Shown here piece by piece: positions 19,676 to 27,975 of a DNA stretch of 64,000 nucleotides. The position numbers and the translations under genes were made by a program. Where the stretch lies: the NCBI GenBank assembly GCA_964390575.1, contig CAYMIP010000004.1, forward strand, positions 2,262 to 66,261, written 5' to 3'. The notes beneath the pieces are model-generated. The model was not told where the DNA came from. It ran no database searches and was given only the letters and a program-made list of their open reading frames with translations. How positions within the stretch are numbered: position 1 is the stretch's first letter; the number at the start of each line of letters is the position of its first letter. Source of the stretch: an uncultured Desulfocurvus sp. Lineage in GTDB: Bacteria; Desulfobacterota; Desulfovibrionia; Desulfovibrionales; Desulfovibrionaceae.

Positions 19676-20860
19676 CTAGCAGGGCAGCGTGACGACGACC
19701 CGGGTGCCCTGGCCGGGCTGGCTGGAGATGACGATGTCGCCGCCCAGGGATTTGACAGTGCCATAGCTGACGGACAGGCCCAGGCCAGAGCCCTGGTCCA
19801 CCTCCTTGGTGGAGAAGAAGGGCTCGAACACGCGGGGCAGGTGCGCCGGGCTGATGCCCTGGCCCGTGTCCTCGATCTCGATGCGGACCTCGTGGTCGTG
19901 CACCGAAGTCACGACATACAGGCGCCCGCCCGTGGGCATGGCGTCCAGCGCGTTGTCCAGGATGTTGCCCAGGGCCGTGGCCAGGTCCGAGCCGGGGAGG
20001 TTTTGCGCGGGCAGGGCCAGGCCCGGCAGCTCCGGGGCGATGGCCGGCAGGGCCGTGATCCCGAGCTGCTCCAGGCGGCCTGCGCGCTCCTCCAGCAGGT
20101 CCTGGATCAGCGCGGCCAAATCCACTTCAGCGGCGGGGTCCGCAGCCGTCCTGGGCCGGGAGCAGGCCTCGGGCCGGGCTCCTGGCTTGGCTTTGTGGCA
20201 CAGGCAAAGCAGCTTGGCCGTGATCTGCTTCACGCGCTGGCCCTGCTCATGGAGCTTGGCCGCGCTCTGGGCGAGCTCCGCCAGCGCGCCGGAGGCGTTG
20301 GCCAGGCCCTCTCCAGGGACAGCGGCAGAAGCCGCGCCAAGGGCGTCCCCCAGGTCGGCCACCAGGTCGTCCATCCACCCGGCCAGGGAGACCATGATAT
20401 TGACGGGATTGTTGATCTCGTGGGCCACGCCCTCGGCCATCTGCCCCAGGGCGGCCATCTTGGCCGTCTCGGCCATGCGCAGGCCCTCCAGCCGCTCCTG
20501 GCGGCGGTCCTGGGCCCGGGCGATGGCCTCCACCAGCCGCTCGATGGGCACGGGCTTGACCAGGTAGTCCGTGGCCCCCAGCTTCATGCCCGCCACGGCG
20601 GTGGCCAGATCGTTCTGGCCCGTGAGCATGAGGGCCTCAACCTGGGGCCGCACCCGCTTGAGCTCGCGCAACAGGGCCAAACCGTCGATGCCCGGCAGGT
20701 TCACGTCCAGCACGGCCACGTCCAGGTCGTGCCCGGCGGCCAGGCGCAGGGCCTCCTCGCCGTCGTAGGCGGTGCGCACCGCAAAGCCCCGGGCCTGGAG
20801 CCGCTCGGCCAAAAGGTCGGCGAAGTCGCGCTCGTCGTCCACCAGCAGGACAGCGTTCAT
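19676..20860 (-). CDS. REC-HisKA-HATPase_c fusion (receiver-coupled histidine kinase)
   Basis: N-terminal REC 'LLVDDERDFADLLAERL...VAVLDVNLPGIDG...LVKPV'. H-box 'GVAHEINNPVN'. 'NILDNALDA', 'DTGQGI' and 'GSGLGLSVS'. Confidence 0.88.
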   Translation of the reverse strand: MNAVLLVDDERDFADLLAERLQARGFAVRTAYDGEEALRLAAGHDLDVAVLDVNLPGIDGLALLRELKRVRPQVEALMLTGQNDLATAVAGMKLGATDYLVKPVPIERLVEAIARAQDRRQERLEGLRMAETAKMAALGQMAEGVAHEINNPVNIMVSLAGWMDDLVADLGDALGAASAAVPGEGLANASGALAELAQSAAKLHEQGQRVKQITAKLLCLCHKAKPGARPEACSRPRTAADPAAEVDLAALIQDLLEERAGRLEQLGITALPAIAPELPGLALPAQNLPGSDLATALGNILDNALDAMPTGGRLYVVTSVHDHEVRIEIEDTGQGISPAHLPRVFEPFFSTKEVDQGSGLGLSVSYGTVKSLGGDIVISSQPGQGTRVVVTLPC

Positions 20861-20872
20861 GGCTGCCCTGGC

Positions 20873-21358
20873 CTACTTTTTGTCGTGCTCGTGGATGACC
20901 TGATCGGCGTCGGCAAAGTCGTTGGCCTCGGCAAAGGTGGCGGCCACCATCATGTCTTCCATCTTCTGGCGGTAGGCGCCCTTGATGCTCTTCACCAGGC
21001 GGTCGATGTCCACGGGCTTCTTGTGGTACTCATACGCGCCGAGCTGCATGCAGACTTCCTGGTCCTGCTCCGAACCGTGGCCGGTCAGGATGATGACCTG
21101 GACGTGGGGGTGCATCTTTTTGACCTTGCGCAGCACCTCCACGCCGTCGATGCCGGGCATGCGCAGGTCCAGCACCATGACGTCGGGCGCCTCGTCCTTG
21201 ACCATCTCGAGAGCGGTCTCGCCGTCATGGGCCACGTCCGAGCCCATGTCGCGCATCTTCATGCGCTCGGCCAGGGTGTTGATGAAATTCTCCTCGTCGT
21301 CGACCAGCAGCAGCTTGATCTTCTTGCTCACTGTGCACTCCTTGTTGCGGGCGCTCAT
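20873..21358 (-). CDS. Stand-alone REC response regulator with a short acidic tail
   Basis: 'IKLLLVDDEENFINTLAERM...VMVLDLRMPGIDGVEVLRKVKK...ILTGHGS...HKKPVDI'. ATG 21358 chosen (MSARNKE...). Confidence 0.85.
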   Translation of the reverse strand: MSARNKECTVSKKIKLLLVDDEENFINTLAERMKMRDMGSDVAHDGETALEMVKDEAPDVMVLDLRMPGIDGVEVLRKVKKMHPHVQVIILTGHGSEQDQEVCMQLGAYEYHKKPVDIDRLVKSIKGAYRQKMEDMMVAATFAEANDFADADQVIHEHDKK

Positions 21359-21431
21359 CGCGCCCTTTTCCGGGGGCCTGGTCCCGGTCACTCGTGTGGC
21401 GAGCCCAGGCCCCTGGTTTTGGGCTTTTCAG

Positions 21432-21722
21432 CTAGGCTTCGGCCAGGCCGTAGGCCACGCTCACCCCGGAGAGCCCGACGGATTCCAGGAATCCGCAGAC
21501 CTTGGGCGTGGGCGCAAGCCGTACGGGGCTCAGTCCCAGCAACTCGCGGGCCTCGGCCGCGCATCCGACTTCGGCAAAGGCGACGGCTGCGTACACGTCC
21601 GACACGGACGCCGTCGTCTCCCTCACCCCGGCCATCTGCATGGCCGTCTGCCGCTCCCCGGCCCCGGCAAAAGCCAGGGCGGCGAAGGTGTCCTCAAGCG
21701 ATTTTCTCAGCATTCCAAACAT
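21432..21722 (-). CDS. Small hypothetical protein (96 aa)
   Basis: Excellent SD (AAGGAGGGAG) 3 nt before the ATG. Internal duplicated motif 'FAALAFAGAGE' / 'YAAVAFAEVGC'. No family recognised. Confidence 0.6.
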   Translation of the reverse strand: MFGMLRKSLEDTFAALAFAGAGERQTAMQMAGVRETTASVSDVYAAVAFAEVGCAAEARELLGLSPVRLAPTPKVCGFLESVGLSGVSVAYGLAEA

Positions 21723-21838
21723 GACTCCCTCCTTGTGTCGTCAACGGGGCGCGCAGGCCGCCCACATGGACCTCTCGAAGATAAGCTGCTGTATGAATGC
21801 TACTCCTCTTTTTCCAGAAATCAATCCCCTGCGGGACC

Positions 21839-22465
21839 TCAGGCCACGGACCTGGGCAGGGCCAGCACCACGCCCAGGCCGCCAAGGCCGGGGGAGAGCC
21901 CGATGCCCAGGGCCGTGGCCAGGGGGGCGAGTTCGGCCCAGGCCGGGGTTCCGCGCAGGGCCTCGAAACCGGGGCCGTCCAGGCGCACCACGGCCAGCCC
22001 ACCCTTCTCCTCCACCGAGAGCAGAACCTGCGAGCCCAGGGGCAGCACCTCCAGGGCGGCTTCCAGGGCCGCGCCCACGGCGTCCATGACCTCCACGGCG
22101 CGCAAGGCCGTGCGCAGGCCGGAGCGGCCAGGGGCCAGCACCAGGGTGGCCTTGCGCCGGGCGGCCTGCCTGCGCGTGAGCCCCACCAGGGCGCGCACGG
22201 CCTCGTTGACATCGGCCCCGGCCGGGCTGGCCTCCGGCGCATGCGCGCAGTAGTTGAGCTGTTCGGAAAGCATCATGCCGCGCTCCACCTGCTCGGCCAG
22301 AACGCGCAAACCCTTCTTGAACCGCTCGGCATGGGCGAATCCTGCGCTGCTCAGGGCCAGCAGGTCCTCCATGAGGCCGGAAGACTCGCGGATGGTGGCC
22401 AGGATGTTTTGCATCTCATGGGTGGCCGCGGCTGTCAGCCTGCCCATGAACAGTGCGTCGCGCAT
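21839..22465 (-). CDS. Sensor-less histidine-kinase-like protein with a degenerate ATP-binding domain
   Basis: H-box-like 'AAATHEMQNILATI' at the extreme N-terminus. G1-like 'RLDGPGF' and G2-like 'GLGGLGV' are present, but no N-box Asn is recognisable ('GAALEAALEV'). No TM or sensor domain. Confidence 0.65.
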   Translation of the reverse strand: MRDALFMGRLTAAATHEMQNILATIRESSGLMEDLLALSSAGFAHAERFKKGLRVLAEQVERGMMLSEQLNYCAHAPEASPAGADVNEAVRALVGLTRRQAARRKATLVLAPGRSGLRTALRAVEVMDAVGAALEAALEVLPLGSQVLLSVEEKGGLAVVRLDGPGFEALRGTPAWAELAPLATALGIGLSPGLGGLGVVLALPRSVA

Positions 22466-22476
22466 GGCCCGTCCCC

Positions 22477-22902
22477 TTACTGCCCGTCGCTCTTGTCGGC
22501 CTGGCTGGCGGCCTGGGTGGCGGCCTTGCAGGCGTAGTCGATGGCCGACTCCATCTTCTCGATGAGCGTGTCGATGTTGAGCGGCTTCATCATGTAGTCA
22601 TAGGCGCCCAGGCGCATGCCTTCGATGCCGTCGCGGGTGCTGCCGTGGCCGGTCAAAAGCAGCACCTGCACGTGCGGGTTGGTGCGCTTCACGCGCTCCA
22701 GCACCTCCAGGCCCTTGATGCCGGGCATGAGCACGTCGAGCACCACCACTTGCGGCTCCTCGGCGGCGATGGCCTCCAGGGCGCTCTCCCCGTCAAAGAC
22801 CACGCGGGCGGGGATGCCCCGCAGCTCCAGGCGCTCGGCCAGGGTGGTGATGAACTCGCGCTCATCGTCCACGAGCAGGATCTTCCAGTCTTTCGCGTTC
22901 AT
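22477..22902 (-). CDS. Stand-alone REC response regulator
   Basis: 'KILLVDDEREFITTLAERLELRG...VVVLDVLMPGIKGLEVLERVKR...LLTGHGS...MMKPLNI'. The start overlaps the upstream kinase stop (ATGA). Confidence 0.88.
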   Translation of the reverse strand: MNAKDWKILLVDDEREFITTLAERLELRGIPARVVFDGESALEAIAAEEPQVVVLDVLMPGIKGLEVLERVKRTNPHVQVLLLTGHGSTRDGIEGMRLGAYDYMMKPLNIDTLIEKMESAIDYACKAATQAASQADKSDGQ

Positions 22903-24623
22903 GCCGCTGCCTCCCGCTGCCCCTTGGGCAGGGTGATGGTGAGCGTGGTGCCCACGCCCTGTTCGCTCTCGACGGCGATGTCGCCGCCCAGGCGCTTGAT
23001 GATGCCATAGGTGATGGACAGGCCCAGGCCCGTGCCCTTGCCCTTCTTGGTGGTGAAGAAGGGCTCGAAAATATGCTTCAAGGTCTCATCAGACATGCCG
23101 CAGCCGTTGTCGCGCACGCTGATTTCCACATTGTCCCCGACTTCCCGGGCCGTGCCCAGGATGCGCCCGCCATCGGCCACGGCGGCCAGGGCGTTGTTGA
23201 ACAGATTCAGGAACACCTGCTGGAGCTGGCTGCGGTCGGAGTGGATGCGCGGCAGCTCCGGGTCGATCTCCAGGCGGAGCTCCACCTGGCGGTGCATGGC
23301 CTCGTTGGTGAGAAAGCCCATGGTCTCCTTGATGATCTCGCCCACGTCCAGCTCCTCGATGCTCACGTCCATGCGCCGGGCAAAGCCGAGCATGCGGTGG
23401 GTGATGCCCCGGCAGCGGTCCACCGCGCGCAGGATGCTTTCCACCTGAGCCAGGATGCGGTCGCGCACGGGAAAGTCGGGCTGGCCCGCGAGCAGGTCGT
23501 TCATGAGCCCGGCCTTCTCGTTGATGATGGCCAGCGGGTTGTTGATCTCATGCGCCACGCCTGCGGCCAGCCGCCCGATGCTGGAGAGCTTCTGCGAATG
23601 CTCCACGTGGCGCAGGGCCAGCTCGCGCCGCTCCTCAGACTCCTTCATGCGCCGGATGAGCAGGTCCGTGACGCGCACGGCGGCCAGGAGCACTGCGGCC
23701 ACGCCCACCACAAAGATGAACAGGAGGTCGCCGCGCACCGTGTACCAGGTCTTGAGCACGCTGCCCTTGGGCTTCACGGCCATGAGCACGAAGTCCGCCT
23801 CCGGGAAGTAGGCGTAGGCCAGGAAAACCTCCCGCCCCAGGGGGTCGGTGAAGTTCAGCACCGCCGGTTCAAAGGTCTTGGGCGGCAGCTGGAAGGTCAG
23901 CTTTTCCAGCACCTTGCCATAGGAGTTGGAGTTGGTCTGCATGAGCCCCTGGCTGTTCACCAGAAAGGCGTCGGCGTCGGGCTCCAGGCTCATGGAGGCG
24001 ATGAAGCGCTCGAACTGGCGGGTGTCCAGGGTGGCGCGCAGGATCCACACCCGGCCGTCCTCGGTCCTGTGCTGCACGGCCACGATGACGTGGGGGAAGT
24101 TGCGGAAGCCCATGAACACGTCGCTGACGTACTTGCCCTTGATCCGCACTTCCTGGAACCAGCGCTGCTCGGCGTAGTTCTTGCCCTGCAGCGCGTACGG
24201 GCCCACGTAGTTGACCTGGGTGCCGTGCTCGTCGATGAGCCCCAGGTCCACGAAGCCCTCGAACTCCTTGGTCATCACATTGAAGATGCGCGCCAGGTGC
24301 CGCTCGCTGGAGAGCTCCTGGTAGGAGTAGGCCGAGGCGATGAGGCTCACCGTGGAGGAGCGCTCGGTGAGGAAGAGCTCAAAGGAGTTCTTGGTCTTGT
24401 TCACCAGCACGCGCAAAGGGTTCTGGATCTCTCTGGTCATGGCGTTCTGGTGCTCATAGTAGTTGAGCACGGCCATGACCGTGAGCGGTATGAGCGTGGC
24501 CGCAGCCATGATGCCGATGATCTTGCGGCGCAGCAGGGTGTAGCGCTCGGGGCTCACGGCCTCGTCCACGTCGCTTTGCAGCTCGCGCAGCGGGTTTCGT
24601 ATGAGCGCCACGAGCTTACGCAT
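22899..24623 (-). CDS. Cache-domain transmembrane sensor histidine kinase
   Basis: TM1 'IIGIMAAATLIPLTVMAVL'. Periplasmic Cache-like region ('GLIDEHGTQVNYVGPY...WFQEV...YVSDVF'). TM2. H-box 'GVAHEINNPLAII'. 'NLFNNALAA', 'DNGCGM' and 'GTGLGLSITY'. Confidence 0.9.
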   Translation of the reverse strand: MRKLVALIRNPLRELQSDVDEAVSPERYTLLRRKIIGIMAAATLIPLTVMAVLNYYEHQNAMTREIQNPLRVLVNKTKNSFELFLTERSSTVSLIASAYSYQELSSERHLARIFNVMTKEFEGFVDLGLIDEHGTQVNYVGPYALQGKNYAEQRWFQEVRIKGKYVSDVFMGFRNFPHVIVAVQHRTEDGRVWILRATLDTRQFERFIASMSLEPDADAFLVNSQGLMQTNSNSYGKVLEKLTFQLPPKTFEPAVLNFTDPLGREVFLAYAYFPEADFVLMAVKPKGSVLKTWYTVRGDLLFIFVVGVAAVLLAAVRVTDLLIRRMKESEERRELALRHVEHSQKLSSIGRLAAGVAHEINNPLAIINEKAGLMNDLLAGQPDFPVRDRILAQVESILRAVDRCRGITHRMLGFARRMDVSIEELDVGEIIKETMGFLTNEAMHRQVELRLEIDPELPRIHSDRSQLQQVFLNLFNNALAAVADGGRILGTAREVGDNVEISVRDNGCGMSDETLKHIFEPFFTTKKGKGTGLGLSITYGIIKRLGGDIAVESEQGVGTTLTITLPKGQREAAA

Positions 24624-24966
24624 TGGGGCGCCCCGCGAAAAGGATGGCGCCTGCGGACAGCTCGCCCTTCAGGTACTGGGCCAGGGCCTCCCCGGCCAGA
24701 CCGGCCACGGCGTCGAGCACCTCCACGCGCTTCCAGCGCAGGTAGTGGTAATGCTCCTCCTCGATGCCGCCGGTGATGACCGCGGCCACCTCGCGGTCCA
24801 GAATGAGGTCGCAGAGGTCGTCGGCGCTGGAATGGGCCAGCACCAGGTCCTGCCTGCGCACCTCATGGCCTGTGGCGTCCACGGTGACGAGCAGCACCTC
24901 GGAGCAGAGGTCGAAGCGCGGGGCCACCTCGTCGCGGTACAGCGTCACCAGGATCTTCTTGCCCAT
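24616..24966 (-). CDS. NifX/NifB-C-terminal-like (Nitro_FeMo-Co family) small protein
   Basis: 116 aa. Pattern 'KILVTL...VAPRFDLCSEVLLVTVD...AAVITGGIEEEHYHYL...VEVLD' resembles the dinitrogenase FeMo-cofactor-binding fold family. Assignment by eye only. Confidence 0.55.
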   Translation of the reverse strand: MGKKILVTLYRDEVAPRFDLCSEVLLVTVDATGHEVRRQDLVLAHSSADDLCDLILDREVAAVITGGIEEEHYHYLRWKRVEVLDAVAGLAGEALAQYLKGELSAGAILFAGRPNA

Positions 24967-24975
24967 GACCGCCCC

Positions 24976-26247
24976 CTATGCCTTTTTCCGCACTGCGGAT
25001 TTTGGGGCGGGCTTGCCCGCCGCCGCAGGCCTGGAGCCCGGTTCCGAGGGCAGGCGCACGTGCGGAGGCAGGTGCTCGGGCAGGATCTGCTCGCCCGTGC
25101 AGACCATCGCCGCGTACTCCACCATGTTGCGCAGCTCGCGCACGTTGCCGGGGTAGCTGTAGGCCGAGAGCAGGGCCAGGGCGGCCTCGGAGAAGCCCTG
25201 CACCTGCTTGCGGAACTTGGCCGCGTAGATGTTCAGGAAGTGGGCCAGCAGGAACTGCACGTCCTCGCCGCGCTCGCGCACGGGGGGCAGGTGCAGGCGC
25301 ACGGCGTTCAGGCGGTGGAGCAGATCCTCGCGCAGCAGCCCGGCCTTGACCAGGGCCTCGGGGTCGCGGTTGGTGGCCGCCACCACGCGCACGTTCAGGC
25401 GCATGGGCCGCTCGCCCCCGGCGGGCAGCACGGCCTTCTCGTCCAGCAGGCGCAGCAGCCGGCCCTGCTGGGCCAGCGGCATGTCGGCGATTTCGGAAAG
25501 ATAGAGGGTGCCGTTCTGGGCCAGCTGGAACTTGCCGGGCCGCGCCCCTCCGCCCCCGGTCTGGGGCCCCTCGGCCTGGGGGCCATCGGCCTGGCCACCG
25601 GCCTGGCCGAAGAGCTCCACGTCGAGCAGGGCCTCGGGCATGGGCGTGGCGTTGACGCGCACAAAGCCCTCGCGCGCCCGGGGGCTGGCCCGGTGCAGGG
25701 CCTCGGCCAGCAGATCCTTGCCCGTGCCGGACTCCCCGGTGAGCAGCACGGTGGCGTCGCTCTGGGCCACGGCGGGCAGGATGCGCAGCAGATGCTCCAT
25801 GACCGCGCAGCGGCCCACGACCTGCCCCGGCCCGGCGGAGTGCGACAGCCGCGCCTCCAATTCCTTCAGGGCCGAGAGGTCCTCAAGAACGTCCAGGGTG
25901 CACAGGAAGGCCCCGTCGCGGTCCAGCACGGGCACGGAGGTCAGGCGCACGGGCACTTTCCGGCGGTGCCGGTTGATGAGGGTGCCCTCGACACTGCACG
26001 GCTCCGCGCCAGAGCAGGCAAGTCGGGGGCAGCCGTGCAGGCAGAAGCTGCCGCGCAACACGTGCCGGCAGGGCACGCCCCTCACCTCAGCGGTGGTGTA
26101 CCCGGTGAGGCTTTCCAGCGTGCGGTTCATGAACAGCGTGCGCCGCTCCTCGTCCAGGGCGACCACCCCGAAGGGCAGCTCGGAAAGGACGCGGGGCAGG
26201 TCGGCACGGTCCAGGCCGCAGATGTTCATGAGGGTGTTCTGGTGCAA
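24976..26247 (-). CDS. PAS-AAA+ protein of the sigma-54 activator family, degenerate (no GAFTGA, Walker-B D to S, no HTH)
   Basis: 'VLLTGESGTGKDL' Walker A. 'VELFGQAGGQADGPQAEGPQTGGGGARPGKF' replaces the ELFGHEKGAFTGA loop. 'GTLYLSEI' stands for GTLFLDEI. 'VVAATNRD' and 'GNVRELRN' are retained. The protein ends 'AAGKPAPKSAVRKKA' with no Fis-type HTH. TTG start with GGGAGGAC SD. Confidence 0.85.
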   Translation of the reverse strand: MHQNTLMNICGLDRADLPRVLSELPFGVVALDEERRTLFMNRTLESLTGYTTAEVRGVPCRHVLRGSFCLHGCPRLACSGAEPCSVEGTLINRHRRKVPVRLTSVPVLDRDGAFLCTLDVLEDLSALKELEARLSHSAGPGQVVGRCAVMEHLLRILPAVAQSDATVLLTGESGTGKDLLAEALHRASPRAREGFVRVNATPMPEALLDVELFGQAGGQADGPQAEGPQTGGGGARPGKFQLAQNGTLYLSEIADMPLAQQGRLLRLLDEKAVLPAGGERPMRLNVRVVAATNRDPEALVKAGLLREDLLHRLNAVRLHLPPVRERGEDVQFLLAHFLNIYAAKFRKQVQGFSEAALALLSAYSYPGNVRELRNMVEYAAMVCTGEQILPEHLPPHVRLPSEPGSRPAAAGKPAPKSAVRKKA

Positions 26248-26309
26248 GGCGCGTCCTCCCAGGGATTGCGTTTCCGGCGCACTGGCGCGGCCCCCAGGAT
26301 GGGGGAGCG

Positions 26310-26732
26310 CTAGTGCGCGCCTCCGCCCACGATGCCGGACGCGGCAAAGGCGAGCACCAGGATCTCGGCCAGGGCCAGCCCGGCGAAGACGTATTCCTTG
26401 CGCTTCAGGAAGACCGGAATGAGGGGAATGTAGCAGACAATGGTCATGCCCGCCAGGAGCACGATGCCCAGGAAGTTGAGGAAGTCGCCCTTGGCGATGA
26501 GCACGGCCCAGCCCCAGCCGTGGGGGACCTTGCCAATCTCAAGGTAGGTGCCCACGGGCTGCGACCAGAGCAGGGGCACCTTCTCCAGGGGGATATGCGG
26601 GGTGATGAGGCCGCTGACGTACAGCAGGTAGGTCACGGCCATGAGGGCCAGGCCGCCCCAGCAGCCGTAGAACAGCATGTTGGCGTAGGTAATCTGCTCC
26701 GGGGTGGCCTTTCCGGTATGAATCTGGCTCAT
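26310..26732 (-). CDS. Small integral membrane protein (DUF1634-like partner of TauE permeases)
   Basis: About 140 aa with 3-4 hydrophobic helices. GGAGG SD before ATG 26732. Sits immediately downstream of a TauE/SafE gene, a common pairing. Family call is tentative. Confidence 0.6.
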   Translation of the reverse strand: MSQIHTGKATPEQITYANMLFYGCWGGLALMAVTYLLYVSGLITPHIPLEKVPLLWSQPVGTYLEIGKVPHGWGWAVLIAKGDFLNFLGIVLLAGMTIVCYIPLIPVFLKRKEYVFAGLALAEILVLAFAASGIVGGGAH

Positions 26733-26772
26733 AGTGTCCTCCAAGGATGATGCGTGCCGAGTGCGCCGCGGA

Positions 26773-27798
26773 TTAGATGCCCAGGCCTTTTAAAAGCGCC
26801 TTGCCGCCCGCGAAGAGCAGCACGCCGATGACCATGTAGCGGATGAACGTGGGCTTGGCCTTGGCCAGGAGCCGCACGCCGACAAAGGAGCCCAGCATGA
26901 GGCCGATGATGCTCGGTATGGCCATGAGCGGGATGACGCAGCCCTTGTTCAGGTAGACCCAGGCCGCAGAGGTGTCGGTGATGGAGAGCAGGAACTTGCT
27001 GGTGCCCACGGCCACCTTGAGCGGGGCGCCCATCATCAGGTTCAGCACCGGCACGTTGGCCCAGCCCGCGCCCAGGCCGAACATGCCGGCCATGATGCCG
27101 ATGATGACGAACATGAACAGGCCCGGCAGGGTGCGGTGGGTCTTCCACTGCACCAGCTGGCCGGTGGAGGGGTCGTTGTAGGCGCCGTCCATGCCCAGGG
27201 CCATGCTCAGGGCATCTTGCTTGGTCACCACGGGGTAGGCCGTGTTCTTGGAGCACAAGAGCAGGATGGCGATGCCCATGATGGTGATGCCCAGGCAGAG
27301 CTGCACGACGTTGGTGGGCAGGGCCATGCCCAGAAACGCGCCCACGATGGCGCAGGAGGAGGCGATGAGCGCCACGGGCAGGGCCAGGCGCAAGGACGCG
27401 AAGTTGCGCTTCAAGAGACCGGGCCCGGCCGCCAGCGCGCCAGCCAGGGCCACCATGAGGCCCGCTCCGCGCACAAAGTCGAGGTGGAAGGGAAAAAAGC
27501 CGCTGACCAGGGGCACGTAGAGCACGCCGCCGCCCACACCCGCCAGCACCGCGATGATGCCCAGGACGAAGCAGAAGAACAGCAGCACCAGGGGCCACAC
27601 CCACCAGGCCACGCCGGTTTCCTTGCCAAGCTGCACGGCCGCGTCGGCCATGTCCTGGCCCGCGCCGGCCACGGCGTTTTGCACGGCGGACCCATCCGTG
27701 GCGGCGCCGGAGGCATAGGCGGCCACGGCAAAAAGCAGCACGCCGAACATAACAAACAGGGCGATTTTCGCCGGGTGACTCAGTCGATCCATCATCAT
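26773..27798 (-). CDS. TSUP-family anion exporter (TauE/SafE sulfite/sulfonate exporter-like)
   Basis: Duplicated 4-TM halves with 'GVGGGVLYVPL' and 'GLGAGWANVPVLNLMMGAPLKVAVGTS' motifs. AGGAG SD before the ATGATGATG at 27798; the track ORF start 27984 is a spurious extension. Confidence 0.85.
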   Translation of the reverse strand: MMMDRLSHPAKIALFVMFGVLLFAVAAYASGAATDGSAVQNAVAGAGQDMADAAVQLGKETGVAWWVWPLVLLFFCFVLGIIAVLAGVGGGVLYVPLVSGFFPFHLDFVRGAGLMVALAGALAAGPGLLKRNFASLRLALPVALIASSCAIVGAFLGMALPTNVVQLCLGITIMGIAILLLCSKNTAYPVVTKQDALSMALGMDGAYNDPSTGQLVQWKTHRTLPGLFMFVIIGIMAGMFGLGAGWANVPVLNLMMGAPLKVAVGTSKFLLSITDTSAAWVYLNKGCVIPLMAIPSIIGLMLGSFVGVRLLAKAKPTFIRYMVIGVLLFAGGKALLKGLGI

Positions 27799-27877
27799 TC
27801 CCGCTCCTCTGATCGTCTCTGGATTGCCCAGCCTGCCTCGCCAACCCCTCGGGCCGCGCAGTGGACGCCCCATACTA

Positions 27878-27891
27878 TCAAGAAACGTGCC
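27878..27891 (-). promoter_or_regulatory. Candidate sigma-54 (-24/-12) promoter for the tauE-led operon
   Basis: Minus strand reads aGGCACGtttcTTGAt: GGCAC-N5-TTGA with correct -24/-12 spacing, but TTGA instead of TTGC. About 80 nt upstream of the tauE start, facing a divergent sigma-54 activator gene. Confidence 0.35.
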
Positions 27892-27945
27892 TCTGGATAA
27901 CCAGCTGAAATAACAGGCTTGACTGCGACAACAAGAGGGAGTAAA

Positions 27946-27975
27946 CGGCAAGAACTTGCCGCTGTTGCGGCAAGG
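27946..27975. promoter_or_regulatory. Palindromes CGGCAAG-AA-CTTGCCG and TTGC-G-GCAA (possible activator UAS)
   Basis: A 7-2-7 perfect inverted repeat at 27946-27961, followed by TTGCGGCAA at 27965-27973. About 60-90 bp upstream of the candidate -24/-12 element. Confidence 0.3.
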
